Positions 29,745 through 40,057 of a DNA stretch of 64,000 bases are shown piece after piece. How positions within the stretch are numbered: the stretch's first letter is position 1; every line of letters begins with the position of its first letter. The notes under the pieces were generated by a model, which searched no databases, was not told the origin of the DNA, and saw only the letters and a list, made by a program, of their open reading frames with translations. A program made the position numbers and the translations under genes. This stretch comes from Candidatus Latescibacterota bacterium. GTDB taxonomy: Bacteria > Latescibacterota > UBA2968 > GCA-2709665. The stretch lies in NCBI GenBank assembly GCA_965208835.1, contig OZ242358.1:3616001-3680000 (forward strand), given 5' to 3'.

Positions 29745-31211
29745 TTACTCCAGAATCGAATTTCCCGTCGCACGCATCAATGTCACCCAGGCGAGATTGA
29801 ACTCCAATACAGCCTGATAGTACTTGGCGCGGATAATGCCGTACTCCTTGACCGCATCGACCATCTCTCCCGCCTCCTCCAGACCCGCATTGAATCCGTC
29901 TCTCGCCGAAACAAACCAACGCCTGGTTGCCCGGCGGGCTTTCCGTGCCGACCCGATATTCGCCCGCGCTTCAATGAGCGAAAGGTAGGCGCTTTCGATC
30001 TCCAGGCGGGCGCCATGTGTCGCCAGCCGAGCCTGATAGCTGAGCTTTTCGTAGGCCAGGCGGGCTTCCTTCACCTTCGCTCGCGTACTCGCGAATGACA
30101 ACGACTGCCTGAAGCCAAGCACAGCGCCCAACTCGGTCACATTGAACTCATCCTTCAAAAACGGGTTCCGCTGGCGGTCTCTGTTCGGCGCAAAGCCGTA
30201 CTTGAACCGGCCGGCGAGAAAAACCTGCGGAAACAGGTCGGTTCGGACAGCGCGCACCTGTGCTGACCGCACCCGGAGCCCTTCCCGAATCTGACCCAGA
30301 TCCGGTCGCCCCTCGGCAAGTGACAGATAATGTTCCAGTGGGCGGATCTGTACGTCAACCGGTTTCAGACTTCCGTCGGCGAGAACAAGAGAATCTGACC
30401 TTGAAAGCCCCATGAGAATTCGTAGCGCCGAGCTTGCGAGCCCCTGACTCTTGACAACCTTGTTCGCGTTTTCCTCCACGTCGTACACGAACCTGTCAAT
30501 ACGGTGCAAATCCGTATACGTGAAATCCCCCGTATCGGCTTCCAGCTTTTGAACGATCGTTCGCCGCGCCGTTTCAATCTCCGCCCGTGACTCATTCGCA
30601 AGGGACCGAAGCCGATTTGCCAACAACAGCAGATAGTAAGCCTTGGCGACCTGCTGTTCCAGGTCAAAGCGGGATCCGTCCAGTCCGGCGCGTTGCGCGC
30701 CGATCCCGCCGGATGCCGCTTCCACCGCTGCAGCGAGTTTTCCGAAGGTGAAGAGTGGCTGAACCAGCGACAGTTCGGTTCTCGAAAACACACTCATCCG
30801 CCGCCAGTTGCTCACCCCCGTAAGCGCGTCGCCGCGAGCCTCAGGCGAAGGCCCGAATATCCATGTGAAATCCATACTGGGAAATCGCGCGGCATGCACC
30901 TGCATGAGCCTGTTCTCAGCGATCTGCAGATCCGCCTCCGCGGCCTGAATGGATGGACTCGACGCGAATGCCATCCGCACGCACACGGCAAGATCGTATG
31001 GTTGTTGTCCGGATGCAGAATAGCAGGGACGGATACCGATCCCGAAAACGCAGACCAGAGCAACTGATACAGGAATCCTTGCCAGGTGTGAAATTTTACG
31101 ACACGTGTGGGAAAATTGCAACGCCTCCCCCGTTATCCACCTGGACATATGGCGTGCGGATTCAGGCGGAAAAACCAGAAGAATATTCGGATGTACTAAA
31201 TTCGTCTTCAT
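29745..31211 (-). CDS. TolC-family outer membrane efflux protein (start uncertain)
   Basis: QPLFTFGK, VAKAYY, RPDL, IESAY...ATG C-terminus typical of OEP repeats. Confidence 0.85.
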   Translation of the reverse strand: MKTNLVHPNILLVFPPESARHMSRWITGEALQFSHTCRKISHLARIPVSVALVCVFGIGIRPCYSASGQQPYDLAVCVRMAFASSPSIQAAEADLQIAENRLMQVHAARFPSMDFTWIFGPSPEARGDALTGVSNWRRMSVFSRTELSLVQPLFTFGKLAAAVEAASGGIGAQRAGLDGSRFDLEQQVAKAYYLLLLANRLRSLANESRAEIETARRTIVQKLEADTGDFTYTDLHRIDRFVYDVEENANKVVKSQGLASSALRILMGLSRSDSLVLADGSLKPVDVQIRPLEHYLSLAEGRPDLGQIREGLRVRSAQVRAVRTDLFPQVFLAGRFKYGFAPNRDRQRNPFLKDEFNVTELGAVLGFRQSLSFASTRAKVKEARLAYEKLSYQARLATHGARLEIESAYLSLIEARANIGSARKARRATRRWFVSARDGFNAGLEEAGEMVDAVKEYGIIRAKYYQAVLEFNLAWVTLMRATGNSILE

Positions 31212-31290
31212 TCGACTTCGTTTTTTTTGTGGAGTCTTTATAAATACAGCGAAAGTCGTGCCATCAAACCGGTCAACCATCGGCATGTCT

Positions 31291-32547
31291 TCAGGACCGC
31301 AGCGCTTCAAGTATAACGGCCTGCACCCGCCTGGCTACTTCAACGGCGTCGTGCCGTTGAACCGCCGAAACCCGGGCGGCCGAACCCATTCGCCGTCGCA
31401 ATTCGCTGTTCTCGACTACTCTGAGAATGGTCTCCGCGAGACCTGCGACGTCGTTAGGCTTCACCAGCAGTCCGTTATAACCATCCCTGATCAACTCCGG
31501 AACGCCGCCGGTTGCTGAACCAACCACCGGCGTACCAAGTGCCAGAGACTCAATAACGCTTCTGGGACAGGGGTCGGGCGCAACGGAAGGGACAAGTGTG
31601 ACGTCCATATCCTTCAGATACGGTCGGACGTCGGTCCTGAATCCCGTAAACAGCACCCGTCCCGAATACCGCCCGTTGGCCACTTTTCGGCGATAGTGAT
31701 CCAGGAGGTTCAATGAGCGTTTCGGGCTGCCCCCGACAACCACCAGAACCACGTCCTTGCGACGCGCCAGAACACGCTTCATCGCCGACAGCAAGGTGTC
31801 GATACCCTTCCACTCTACGATTCGACCGACGAATCCCAGAACGACTTCGTCAGGTCCAATTCGGTACATCCGGCGCACACACCCCTGAACGACTTCGGGA
31901 TTGAAACTGACCAGGTCCGCGCCGTTGTATACAACGTGGACCTTTTCCTTTACCGATGGGAAATTTCCCGCACACGCCTCGGATACCGCGACGATTCTAA
32001 CAACACTCGAAGACCGGGCGAGCCTGTCGAAAAACCAACCTCTGAAGGTCTTACCATAAAGGGTCCGGCAGTGCCAGATGACCGGAGTGCCGCATACCAT
32101 ACCAGCCACCGTGCCCATCAACTTTACCATCATCTGGTTGCAGTAAATCAGTCCTACGTTCTCCCGGGTGACCATGCGAACCAGATCGACCGTAAACCTT
32201 ATGCTGTCGACGGCGTTCAGTACCACCGACGCCATCGTGCAGATACGGTTCCGGCCGTGAAACCGCATCTCCGCCAGACGCTCCTTCAACCGGGATTCGA
32301 TACGGTATGGGACCCGTATCTCCTCAAGCCTGCTTTTCAACACACCCTCGTTGGGCATGACGACCAGGGGCTCGAGCACGGCCGGATCGAGATGTTTCAA
32401 CAGGTAAAAGAGACTGTTCCCGGCCCCTCCACGCCCCGTACAACCTGTCAGAAAAAGCACCTTGATCTTTTTGGCGCCCTTACCCGCGTACAAAACGGGC
32501 GACGAAACACCGGCCTCGTCGCCCATTCCACCGAAACGTTCGGTCAT
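31291..32547 (-). CDS. Glycosyltransferase family 4
   Basis: GGAG, VAVSE, VYNG, VGRIVEWKG, FTGFRTDV, DPCPRSVIESLALGTPVV. Confidence 0.92.
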   Translation of the reverse strand: MTERFGGMGDEAGVSSPVLYAGKGAKKIKVLFLTGCTGRGGAGNSLFYLLKHLDPAVLEPLVVMPNEGVLKSRLEEIRVPYRIESRLKERLAEMRFHGRNRICTMASVVLNAVDSIRFTVDLVRMVTRENVGLIYCNQMMVKLMGTVAGMVCGTPVIWHCRTLYGKTFRGWFFDRLARSSSVVRIVAVSEACAGNFPSVKEKVHVVYNGADLVSFNPEVVQGCVRRMYRIGPDEVVLGFVGRIVEWKGIDTLLSAMKRVLARRKDVVLVVVGGSPKRSLNLLDHYRRKVANGRYSGRVLFTGFRTDVRPYLKDMDVTLVPSVAPDPCPRSVIESLALGTPVVGSATGGVPELIRDGYNGLLVKPNDVAGLAETILRVVENSELRRRMGSAARVSAVQRHDAVEVARRVQAVILEALRS

Positions 32548-34178
32548 CAGTTCAGCCGCCTGATAATATGATATCCCAAGGGTGTCTGAACGACCCCGCT
32601 GGTCTCGCCCACCCGCAATTTCAGCACCGCTTCCTCAAACGCAGGATTCAGATCTCCAGGCGAAAAAAAACCCAGATCGCCCCCGGTCTCCGCAGAAGTA
32701 TCGCTGGAAAATTGGCGCGCAAGTACTCTGAAATCCTCGCCCGCATTGAGTTTATTGAGGATTTCCTGCGCCTCGACTTCGGTTTCCACGAGAATATGGT
32801 ACACCCAGAGCTTTCCGGACTGTATCCCCTCGATTTCGTCAATCTTCATCTGTGCGGCGCCTGCAATTTCCTCGTTTGGACTGTATGCGATGGCTTTCTC
32901 GAAGGCGCGCCTGGCAAGATCGAACTCCCGCCTCGAAGTTCGGGCAAGGCCAATATTGAAGAGTACGCCGGCGTTCGTGGAATCCACCGCCAATGCCCTG
33001 CTGTAGACCACAAGGGCCGAGTCGAGGTCCTGCTGCCCCGCGTAGATCAGGGCAAGATCTCCGTAGGGCTCCAGAACGTTCGGGTTGGAACCGATCGTTG
33101 CTTCCAGCGCTGACTTTGCCTGCGCGATGTCTCCCTTCTGCAGATAAACCTGCGCGATACCGTACTCAAGACGCGCCCGTTGAGACTCAGGTGCTATCTC
33201 CATAAGTAACCGATACTCGTTTAGCGCGAGGTCCCATTTCCGCTGAACCGTATACAGCCGTGCGAGCGCTGAACGGGTATCCAGATCGCGTGGCTCCAAC
33301 TGAGACACCTTCTCCCACGCTTTCCGCGCTGTGTCCAGAGAGTCCACCTCGGCCGCCATCTGACCCATTGAACGATGCACCTCGGGATCGTCCGGCGCTA
33401 ACGAAACAGCCTGCCGGTATGCGGCGAAGGCTTTCCCTGTCCGGCGCATCGAGTGGTAGATTGCGCCCTTGTTGACCAGCAGGGAAACGTCGTTCGGATT
33501 CTTCTTGAGTTCCTTCTCGAGTACCAATATCGCCCGTTCGTAAAGCTGATTCGCATCCTGTGGCTTACCCAAAGCCCCGTAGATCTGTCCCTGATTGATC
33601 ATCAGAACCACACTTTCAGGGTTGTTCTTCAATCCCTCATCGAAAACCGAAAGCGCTTTATTGGGGTCCTTTAGCGCGACGTGCAAACCCGCCAGGGACT
33701 GGTAGGCTTCGATATTGCGGGGTTCCAGAGAAATCGCGGCCCTGAGGTCCTGTACCGCCAGCCCGGGATTGCCGGCCTCCTGATAGAGTATTGCCCTGTC
33801 CATCAGCAGGAGTACGGAATTCGGAATCTGCGCCAATCCCCGGTTCAATACGTCCAGTGCCTCGCGACCTCTGTTGAGTTGCGCATGGATCCTGAATAGC
33901 GCGTCGTAGGGCGCTTCAAGATTCGGCCCCAACCCGATGGCCGTCTCAAAGGCCTCGATTGCGCCTTCCGGCTGTCCCAACTGCGCATACACCATGCCGA
34001 GGACGCCGTGAGCGTTCGCGCTGTCCGGAAACGTCTTGGCGAACAGACGGGCCGTAACCAGCGCGGAATCGGCTCTTCCGTGAGCGCCATGGGCGCTGAT
34101 CTCCGCCAGGAAGTCCCTGGCACTTGCGCCCTCATTCCAAAGAACCAGGCAAAAACCGACAACAATCGACCGTTTCAA
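32547..34178 (-). CDS. Exported TPR-repeat protein with C-terminal parvulin PPIase domain
   Basis: TTG 34178 after GGAGG, signal peptide, many TPRs, HILV...GGDLGFF...FEEAV...GYHII. Confidence 0.88.
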   Translation of the reverse strand: MKRSIVVGFCLVLWNEGASARDFLAEISAHGAHGRADSALVTARLFAKTFPDSANAHGVLGMVYAQLGQPEGAIEAFETAIGLGPNLEAPYDALFRIHAQLNRGREALDVLNRGLAQIPNSVLLLMDRAILYQEAGNPGLAVQDLRAAISLEPRNIEAYQSLAGLHVALKDPNKALSVFDEGLKNNPESVVLMINQGQIYGALGKPQDANQLYERAILVLEKELKKNPNDVSLLVNKGAIYHSMRRTGKAFAAYRQAVSLAPDDPEVHRSMGQMAAEVDSLDTARKAWEKVSQLEPRDLDTRSALARLYTVQRKWDLALNEYRLLMEIAPESQRARLEYGIAQVYLQKGDIAQAKSALEATIGSNPNVLEPYGDLALIYAGQQDLDSALVVYSRALAVDSTNAGVLFNIGLARTSRREFDLARRAFEKAIAYSPNEEIAGAAQMKIDEIEGIQSGKLWVYHILVETEVEAQEILNKLNAGEDFRVLARQFSSDTSAETGGDLGFFSPGDLNPAFEEAVLKLRVGETSGVVQTPLGYHIIRRLN

Positions 34179-34427
34179 CCGACCGCCTCCATTTGTAAGA
34201 TTATTTCGATTACCTACCCGATGTTCACAATCCGCCCCGGATCCGTTCGGCCGCGAATATCTTGACATGCTCCTGGATTCCCTTTATTATGCCGAGGTTT
34301 TCTATTTGCCAGACGCGGGGCGACGGGCTGTTTAGGCTACAACAGGGTCCAGGCCTCCAACGGCGACTTCCGGCCGGATTCTTCGGCCCGCGACGATCAC
34401 GCCCCTGTACCCCCGGTCCTCCCAATC

Positions 34428-35051
34428 ATGAACGTTCTTCAACGGGATCCCATTGCCAGCATCCTGTTCGCGCTTCTGGCGAGCTATCTGGCATTCGACC
34501 ATCTTCCGGAACGGATACCGGTACACTGGAACGCGTTCGGACGCATTGACGCTGAGTTGCACAAACGAGTCGGCGTCTTTCTGCATCCCGGCGCAATGGC
34601 CCTCGTCTATATCTTCTTTCGTCTGATCCCTTATGTTGACAGAAACCGCGTGCGCCAATTGAAGGACATCGGCCTGTACGATCCGTTCCGAAACGGCGCG
34701 GTCCTCCTGTTCGGATACAGTCATCTTCTGTTGCTGGGCATCGGCCTCGGGTGGGTAGACCGCGAGGCGAACCTCTTTGCCGGCCTGCTTTCACTCGCCG
34801 CCATCCTCATTGGATACCACCTCAAGAGCCTGCGCCCCGCGCGGTTCGATCGTCTCCTAAAGAGGGTCGGCGTCTCCAGCGTTCCACCCGCGCCGGCTTA
34901 CGTCTGTAACGTCCTGATCCTGGCCGGGGCGTTCGGGCAGGCAGGCACGGCGACGGGCACGGTGCAACTGGCGTGGTTTGTTGTACCGCTGGGCGTCGGC
35001 TACGTCTTCGTACGCCGGCGTTTCCGCTCCGATCGGACGCCGGCGCCGTGA
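34428..35051 (+). CDS. DUF1648/SdpI-like membrane protein
   Basis: LPERIPVHWNAFGRID motif plus TM helices. Confidence 0.75.
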   Translation: MNVLQRDPIASILFALLASYLAFDHLPERIPVHWNAFGRIDAELHKRVGVFLHPGAMALVYIFFRLIPYVDRNRVRQLKDIGLYDPFRNGAVLLFGYSHLLLLGIGLGWVDREANLFAGLLSLAAILIGYHLKSLRPARFDRLLKRVGVSSVPPAPAYVCNVLILAGAFGQAGTATGTVQLAWFVVPLGVGYVFVRRRFRSDRTPAP

Positions 35052-35935
35052 CCGTGCTTAACGAACGCCTGACCCTTCAGGCCAGCAGCCTCGCCCTGCT
35101 TACCGCCATCCTGTGGGGCGGCAACTCCATCGCTATAAAAATCGCTCTGGACGGCCTGCCTCCGCTGGCGTTGGCGGCCGCCCGTTTTCTTCTGGGCGGG
35201 CTGGCTTTAATCCCCTGGGCGTTCTTCTCCGGCGTCCAGCTCCGGCCCGGTTCAGGCGAAAGACGAGGTCTGTTTCAGCTGGTTCTGCTCTTTGTCGCGC
35301 AAATCTACCTGCTCAACGCCGGCACGAATTTCACGACGGCCGGTCGGTCGACTGTCTTTATATCGACGTACCCGTTTTTTACCGCCGTCTTCGCACACCT
35401 GTTCATGCCTGGAGACCGGCTTAGCGGCCTCAAGATTGCAGGAATGACCCTCTCTTTCGCGGGTGTCGTACTCGTGTTTGTCGAAAGTCTCATCAGTGGA
35501 CGCCTCGGCTATCTGCCAGGAGACGTGATGGTTCTTACGAGCGGACTGTTGCTTGGAGCCAGGCAGGTCTATACCAAGAAGCTGACCCAATACATCCATC
35601 CCGCCCGTCTTCTGTTGTGGCAGGCCGCGCTCAGCCTGCCGATGTTCATTCTGCTGAGCGCCCTGCTGGAGGACCTGAAAACCACCGTCATCAGTCCGGT
35701 CGTCGCCGGTGCGATCTTCTACCAAGGTCTCGTGGTTGCCGGGTTCTGTTTTCTGGTATCCGTAACGCTCCTCAGACGCTACAGAGCCAGTCGCCTCGGG
35801 GCGTTTGGATTCGTTACGCCCGTCGTGGGCGTTGTGTTCAGCAACCTGATGCTGGGTGAGGTGATCTCGGCGACACTTCTCATCAGCGTGCTGATGGTCG
35901 GGATCGGCATCGCCATCGTCAATACGGAGACCTGA
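35048..35935 (+). CDS. DMT/EamA family transporter
   Basis: LWGGN, PPLALAAARF, ten-TM pattern; GTGA overlap with the upstream gene. Confidence 0.9.
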   Translation: MTVLNERLTLQASSLALLTAILWGGNSIAIKIALDGLPPLALAAARFLLGGLALIPWAFFSGVQLRPGSGERRGLFQLVLLFVAQIYLLNAGTNFTTAGRSTVFISTYPFFTAVFAHLFMPGDRLSGLKIAGMTLSFAGVVLVFVESLISGRLGYLPGDVMVLTSGLLLGARQVYTKKLTQYIHPARLLLWQAALSLPMFILLSALLEDLKTTVISPVVAGAIFYQGLVVAGFCFLVSVTLLRRYRASRLGAFGFVTPVVGVVFSNLMLGEVISATLLISVLMVGIGIAIVNTET

Positions 35936-36000
35936 AGCCAGTCAGAAGTCGAAAGAACCAGACCTTCCACGAATCGCAAGCCCAATGGCGTTTCAACCGC

Positions 36001-37344
36001 CTACGTCGCACCTACCATGACGAACGCCACGTCCGCGACGTTGGTTCCCGTCGGACCGGTCATTACGAGGTCACCTAACGGCTTGAAGAAGTGGTACGAG
36101 TCGTTGTTTTTTAACGATTCGATCGCAGAAAGACCTGCTGATTCCGCGCGCTTGGTCGTTTCGGCATCCGCAATCGCCCCGGCCGCGTCCGTCGGGCCGT
36201 CGGTTCCATCCGTCCCGCCGCTGAACAGCACCGTCCCCTCCCATCCTGACAGATGCATTGCGCCCGCGAGCACCAGTTCCTGGTTTCGCCCTCCCTTGCC
36301 GCTGCCCCGAACGGTTACGGTCGTCTCGCCACCCGCAATCACGCATGCAGGAGCCGCTACAGGCACACCCGACGTTAGAATCTCCTTGCCGATTGCCGAA
36401 TAGACGTTTGCGACCTCTCGGGCCTCACCCTCCAGGCGTGTGGACAAAACAAGCGTATTATAACCCAGATCCCGGGCACAATCGGCGGCAGCGGCCACCG
36501 CCAGACCGTTGCTGCCGACGATAACGTTGTGGCACCTCTCCAGCACGGCGTCTCCCGGTTTTGGCGTTTCGGGAATCTCTCCGGCCGCACCAGCTCCGAA
36601 TCGCGTCCGAACCGCTTCCGGGAGACGACTCGAAACCTCGTACTTTTGAAAAATCTCAATGCAGGTCTTGAACGTGGATGTGTCGGGAACCGTTGGTCCC
36701 GAAGCGATCACGTCCATCGGATCACCGATGACGTCCGACAACATGAGGGACACGACCGTGGCCGGAAACGCCGTCCGGGCGAGACCCCCTCCCTTCACGC
36801 GGGACAGATGTTTGCGGACCGCATTCAGCTCCACGATATTGGCGCCGCACTCGAGCAGCAGCCGGGTTGTGTCCTGTTTCTCCTGCAGCGTAATGCCCTC
36901 GGATGGCGCGGGCATCAGCGCCGATCCACCGCCGGAAATCAGGCATATCACGAGCGTCCGGTCGTCAGCCCTCTCGAGGGCGGCCAGGATTTCCCGCGTA
37001 CCCTCGACACCCGCCTCATCGGGAACCGGATGACCGCACTCCACGGTCCGTATTCGGCGAAGGGGCTCCGCATGCGCGTACTTGGTATTGATGACTCCGT
37101 CTGAAATCCGGTCGCCCAATTCTTCTTCGAGCGCAACACCCATCCGGGGCGATGCCTTGCCGGTCCCAACCACCAGCACCCGTTCAAAAGATTCCAGATT
37201 GTAGTCCACGCCCCCGATCCGAAGCGTCCGTCCCTGCAATCTCACGAAACGCTTCACGCATTCCTGCGCGTCCACGGCCGCCACGGCCGATCCAAAGATC
37301 GACGCCGCGTCAGCACGCATCCTGGCAACCGTGAACTCCCTCAT
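36001..37344 (-). CDS. gckA: Glycerate 2-kinase (GckA/TtuD, MOFRL domain)
   Basis: GTGKAS, GHPVPD, ISGGGSAL, GGETTV, GGRNQE, TDGTDGPTDAAG, TGTNVAD. Confidence 0.93.
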   Translation of the reverse strand: MREFTVARMRADAASIFGSAVAAVDAQECVKRFVRLQGRTLRIGGVDYNLESFERVLVVGTGKASPRMGVALEEELGDRISDGVINTKYAHAEPLRRIRTVECGHPVPDEAGVEGTREILAALERADDRTLVICLISGGGSALMPAPSEGITLQEKQDTTRLLLECGANIVELNAVRKHLSRVKGGGLARTAFPATVVSLMLSDVIGDPMDVIASGPTVPDTSTFKTCIEIFQKYEVSSRLPEAVRTRFGAGAAGEIPETPKPGDAVLERCHNVIVGSNGLAVAAAADCARDLGYNTLVLSTRLEGEAREVANVYSAIGKEILTSGVPVAAPACVIAGGETTVTVRGSGKGGRNQELVLAGAMHLSGWEGTVLFSGGTDGTDGPTDAAGAIADAETTKRAESAGLSAIESLKNNDSYHFFKPLGDLVMTGPTGTNVADVAFVMVGAT

Positions 37345-37412
37345 ATCCGTTGCTCCTCGAATCCGCAAGCCGGTCTGTTCCGTGGCCGCGGCTTACAAAC
37401 CGGAACCGGAAG

Positions 37413-39689
37413 CTACTGTCGTATATCGAAACTGATGGCCGTGCGGCCCGTCTGGCCGCTGTTTTCGTCAGTAACCATAATTGTCAACAGTTGCCGTCCC
37501 GGTACGGTGGCACCCATGTCCAGCTCGAGGTGGGCCCTTTCATCCGGACTGGTGCCGACATGATCGTATTCGATGCTGATGACGTTGCCGTCCTCACGTT
37601 TCCCGATCAACCGCCCCAGGCCGCCCAATATCCGTGCACCCACGTTTGTCCTGCGCAAGGACCGTATCTGGTACGATATGCGATATCGCGTTGCCCCGAA
37701 TTCGTCTCGAGTCAGGTTGTAAATCTCATAATAAATGAACACCGGCTCGCCGGGCCGGTACGCCCTGGACGCCATAGGGATCACTTCGATATCGCCCTTT
37801 ACGAAGCGTCCCCGATCGGCCACGTCGATTCGCGCGCCCATTTCCACGTCGCTCAGTGAAAGCGGCGCCGCCGGATACGCCTTCAAGATGCGATCTTCCC
37901 TGTATATCTGAGTCCTGCCTGAATTACGGTCCATCACCTGCACGTCCACACGGTAAGTCCCCGGCGGCAACAGCAAGCGATCTATCTCCGGAATAAATGC
38001 CCCGGCAGAGGTATCCACCACGCCCGACGCCCGCAGGACCATTTCGTCGTCGGTTCGATGCACGAGCCTGTTGTCGCCGTCGTAGACCGCGACGCCCCTG
38101 ACCAGGTTCGCGAGCCGTCCGAGGCGCCCGTCGCGATACGCCAGATCCCGGGTTGGAATCCCGTAATAGACCTCCATCGCCGTCAGGTCATCCTCACCTC
38201 TAAACGAGGCCGTATAGAAGTAGAAATCCAGCGGTCCCGTAGCAAATGTAGGACGATAGGCGGCCGGCTGCCGGGCCACCTGATTGAGCATCACGGTCTT
38301 GGGGTTCATTCTCTGCCAGATTCTCGTGATCCGACCGGTGCCCACGGGCATTCTCGCGAACTCGTACGGCCCGGGATAATTCGGCTGCACGAAGGTCATT
38401 TCGATACCCGGCCCGACGTTCACATAAATCCAGTACTCCCATATTCCGCTTACAGGATACACCGGCCTGCCCAGAATGGAAGACTGGGCGACCTGTCCCA
38501 GCGATCGTACCTCTTCCTTGAGGAGCTTCGCGCCGGCAGCTCCCGCTGACGCCAACAAACGATCCTTGACCGTGAGCACCCTCGGGTCCGTCTCGAACCG
38601 GACGTCTCCGGAACGGCTGACATGATCCGGTTCCCCGAAACGCACGTAAACTTCCCCGCGATCATCCCACGGGAACTTGTGCTCTCCATGATTTTCCCTT
38701 GCCACGGCCACGCGGCGATAGTGCTCCACCAACCTCTCATTCGCAGCCGATGCGGGCGCGGGGTCCTGCCAAACCCAGAATTCCTCCGCCGCTTGCTTCA
38801 ACTCGTCCAGAGTCTCGGCGCCGGAATCGTCCGCAGTATTGGAAACCAGGCTCAAATCGTAGTAGAGCCGCTGTTCCTCCGGCTCCAGACGGTCGATGTA
38901 GGCGTCGAACAACGCCTGCGACCGATCGTAATCCCGTCGCCTCTGGTGGATATCCGCAAGTTCCAGCACCGCACGCCGCTGGTGCTGGTTCGGGTTCTGG
39001 GCGACCGGTCTGAGTTCAGCTATCGCCTGATCGGTGCGGTCCTGCAGTTTCAGGACAACTCCATACCGTAACCGGGCCTCGTAGTGGTTTGGATTTACCG
39101 AAATCTGACTCAGATAGGCCCTTTCGGCCTTCCCGTACTCGCCCTTCGCTTCTTCAATTACGCCAATCTGGAACAGCGCGTCCGGGTGGCCGGGCTCCAT
39201 TTTGACCACCTTGCGGTAGGCTCCGAGCGTTTCGCTGCTACCGAACCGCCGGTACGTCTCTGCCAGATTGTACTGCGCTTCAACATAGGCTTTATCCGCC
39301 CGCAGCGCGTTCCGGAACGCGTCGATCGCCTGACGAAGCGCTTTCGGGCGGCGTCCGTAGACGAGGCCCAGCCCGTTGAAGGCGGGCGCATACCGTTTTT
39401 TCTTGCGAAGCGCCTGCCGGAACATTTCTTGCGCGGCATCCAGGTCGCCACGTTCGAGATGAATGTGCCCGAGGCCCACGTAGGAAGGCGCGTGTTTGTC
39501 GTAAGCGTCGATGGCGGACTGAAACAACTCAACCGCCTGCCCGAGTGCCCCAGCCGCCACCTGCGCAACCGCCTGGTTGTAAAGCGCCTCGGCACGGGCC
39601 AGGGCTTCATTGTCTTTGGCCTGCACCTGCATAGCACCGGCAAGCGCAATCAATGCGCATACCGCAAGCGGCCATCGATGTCGTCTCAT
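37413..39689 (-). CDS. Exported TPR + GWxTD-domain protein
   Basis: SD GGAGG, signal peptide, TPRs, FW...DP...NERLVEHYRRVAVA...WDDRGEVYVRFGEPD, C-terminal Ig-like domains. Confidence 0.85.
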   Translation of the reverse strand: MRRHRWPLAVCALIALAGAMQVQAKDNEALARAEALYNQAVAQVAAGALGQAVELFQSAIDAYDKHAPSYVGLGHIHLERGDLDAAQEMFRQALRKKKRYAPAFNGLGLVYGRRPKALRQAIDAFRNALRADKAYVEAQYNLAETYRRFGSSETLGAYRKVVKMEPGHPDALFQIGVIEEAKGEYGKAERAYLSQISVNPNHYEARLRYGVVLKLQDRTDQAIAELRPVAQNPNQHQRRAVLELADIHQRRRDYDRSQALFDAYIDRLEPEEQRLYYDLSLVSNTADDSGAETLDELKQAAEEFWVWQDPAPASAANERLVEHYRRVAVARENHGEHKFPWDDRGEVYVRFGEPDHVSRSGDVRFETDPRVLTVKDRLLASAGAAGAKLLKEEVRSLGQVAQSSILGRPVYPVSGIWEYWIYVNVGPGIEMTFVQPNYPGPYEFARMPVGTGRITRIWQRMNPKTVMLNQVARQPAAYRPTFATGPLDFYFYTASFRGEDDLTAMEVYYGIPTRDLAYRDGRLGRLANLVRGVAVYDGDNRLVHRTDDEMVLRASGVVDTSAGAFIPEIDRLLLPPGTYRVDVQVMDRNSGRTQIYREDRILKAYPAAPLSLSDVEMGARIDVADRGRFVKGDIEVIPMASRAYRPGEPVFIYYEIYNLTRDEFGATRYRISYQIRSLRRTNVGARILGGLGRLIGKREDGNVISIEYDHVGTSPDERAHLELDMGATVPGRQLLTIMVTDENSGQTGRTAISFDIRQ

Positions 39690-40057
39690 TACCCGCCTCC
39701 AGGGGGTGATGACACGGGCGCTGGAGATTTGTTTACATTCCCATCCCGGGAGTTTTGCGATCATACGCGCGCAACCGAACGCCGGGCTCGCCGGCCGACA
39801 ATAGGCGTTGTCGTACGGTTTGTGTTTCATGCCTTGCGGCCGACGCCACACAACGCCGCCACCGCGGGCTAATGATACAAAAAACCCCTGAAAAACACAA
39901 GTTCGGCCGGACGAAAGATCACATTGGGGCGCCCTGCTCAATGCGTTCGAACGGGGTCCGATAATCCCATATCCAACACGAAGCGCAGTGGTTTGACCCG
40001 TCAATGAACGCGATTCGCAGCCGAAGCGTCAGGCCTCGCGAGACCGCTGGCCGCGGG

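Noticed and set aside
39690-40004. Long N-terminal extensions in the ORF track (also 29731-29919, 34179-34268, 56817-56939, 60834-61319)
   Set aside because: Downstream starts have SD sequences, signal peptides or family-typical N-termini; the extensions overlap other genes or look non-coding.
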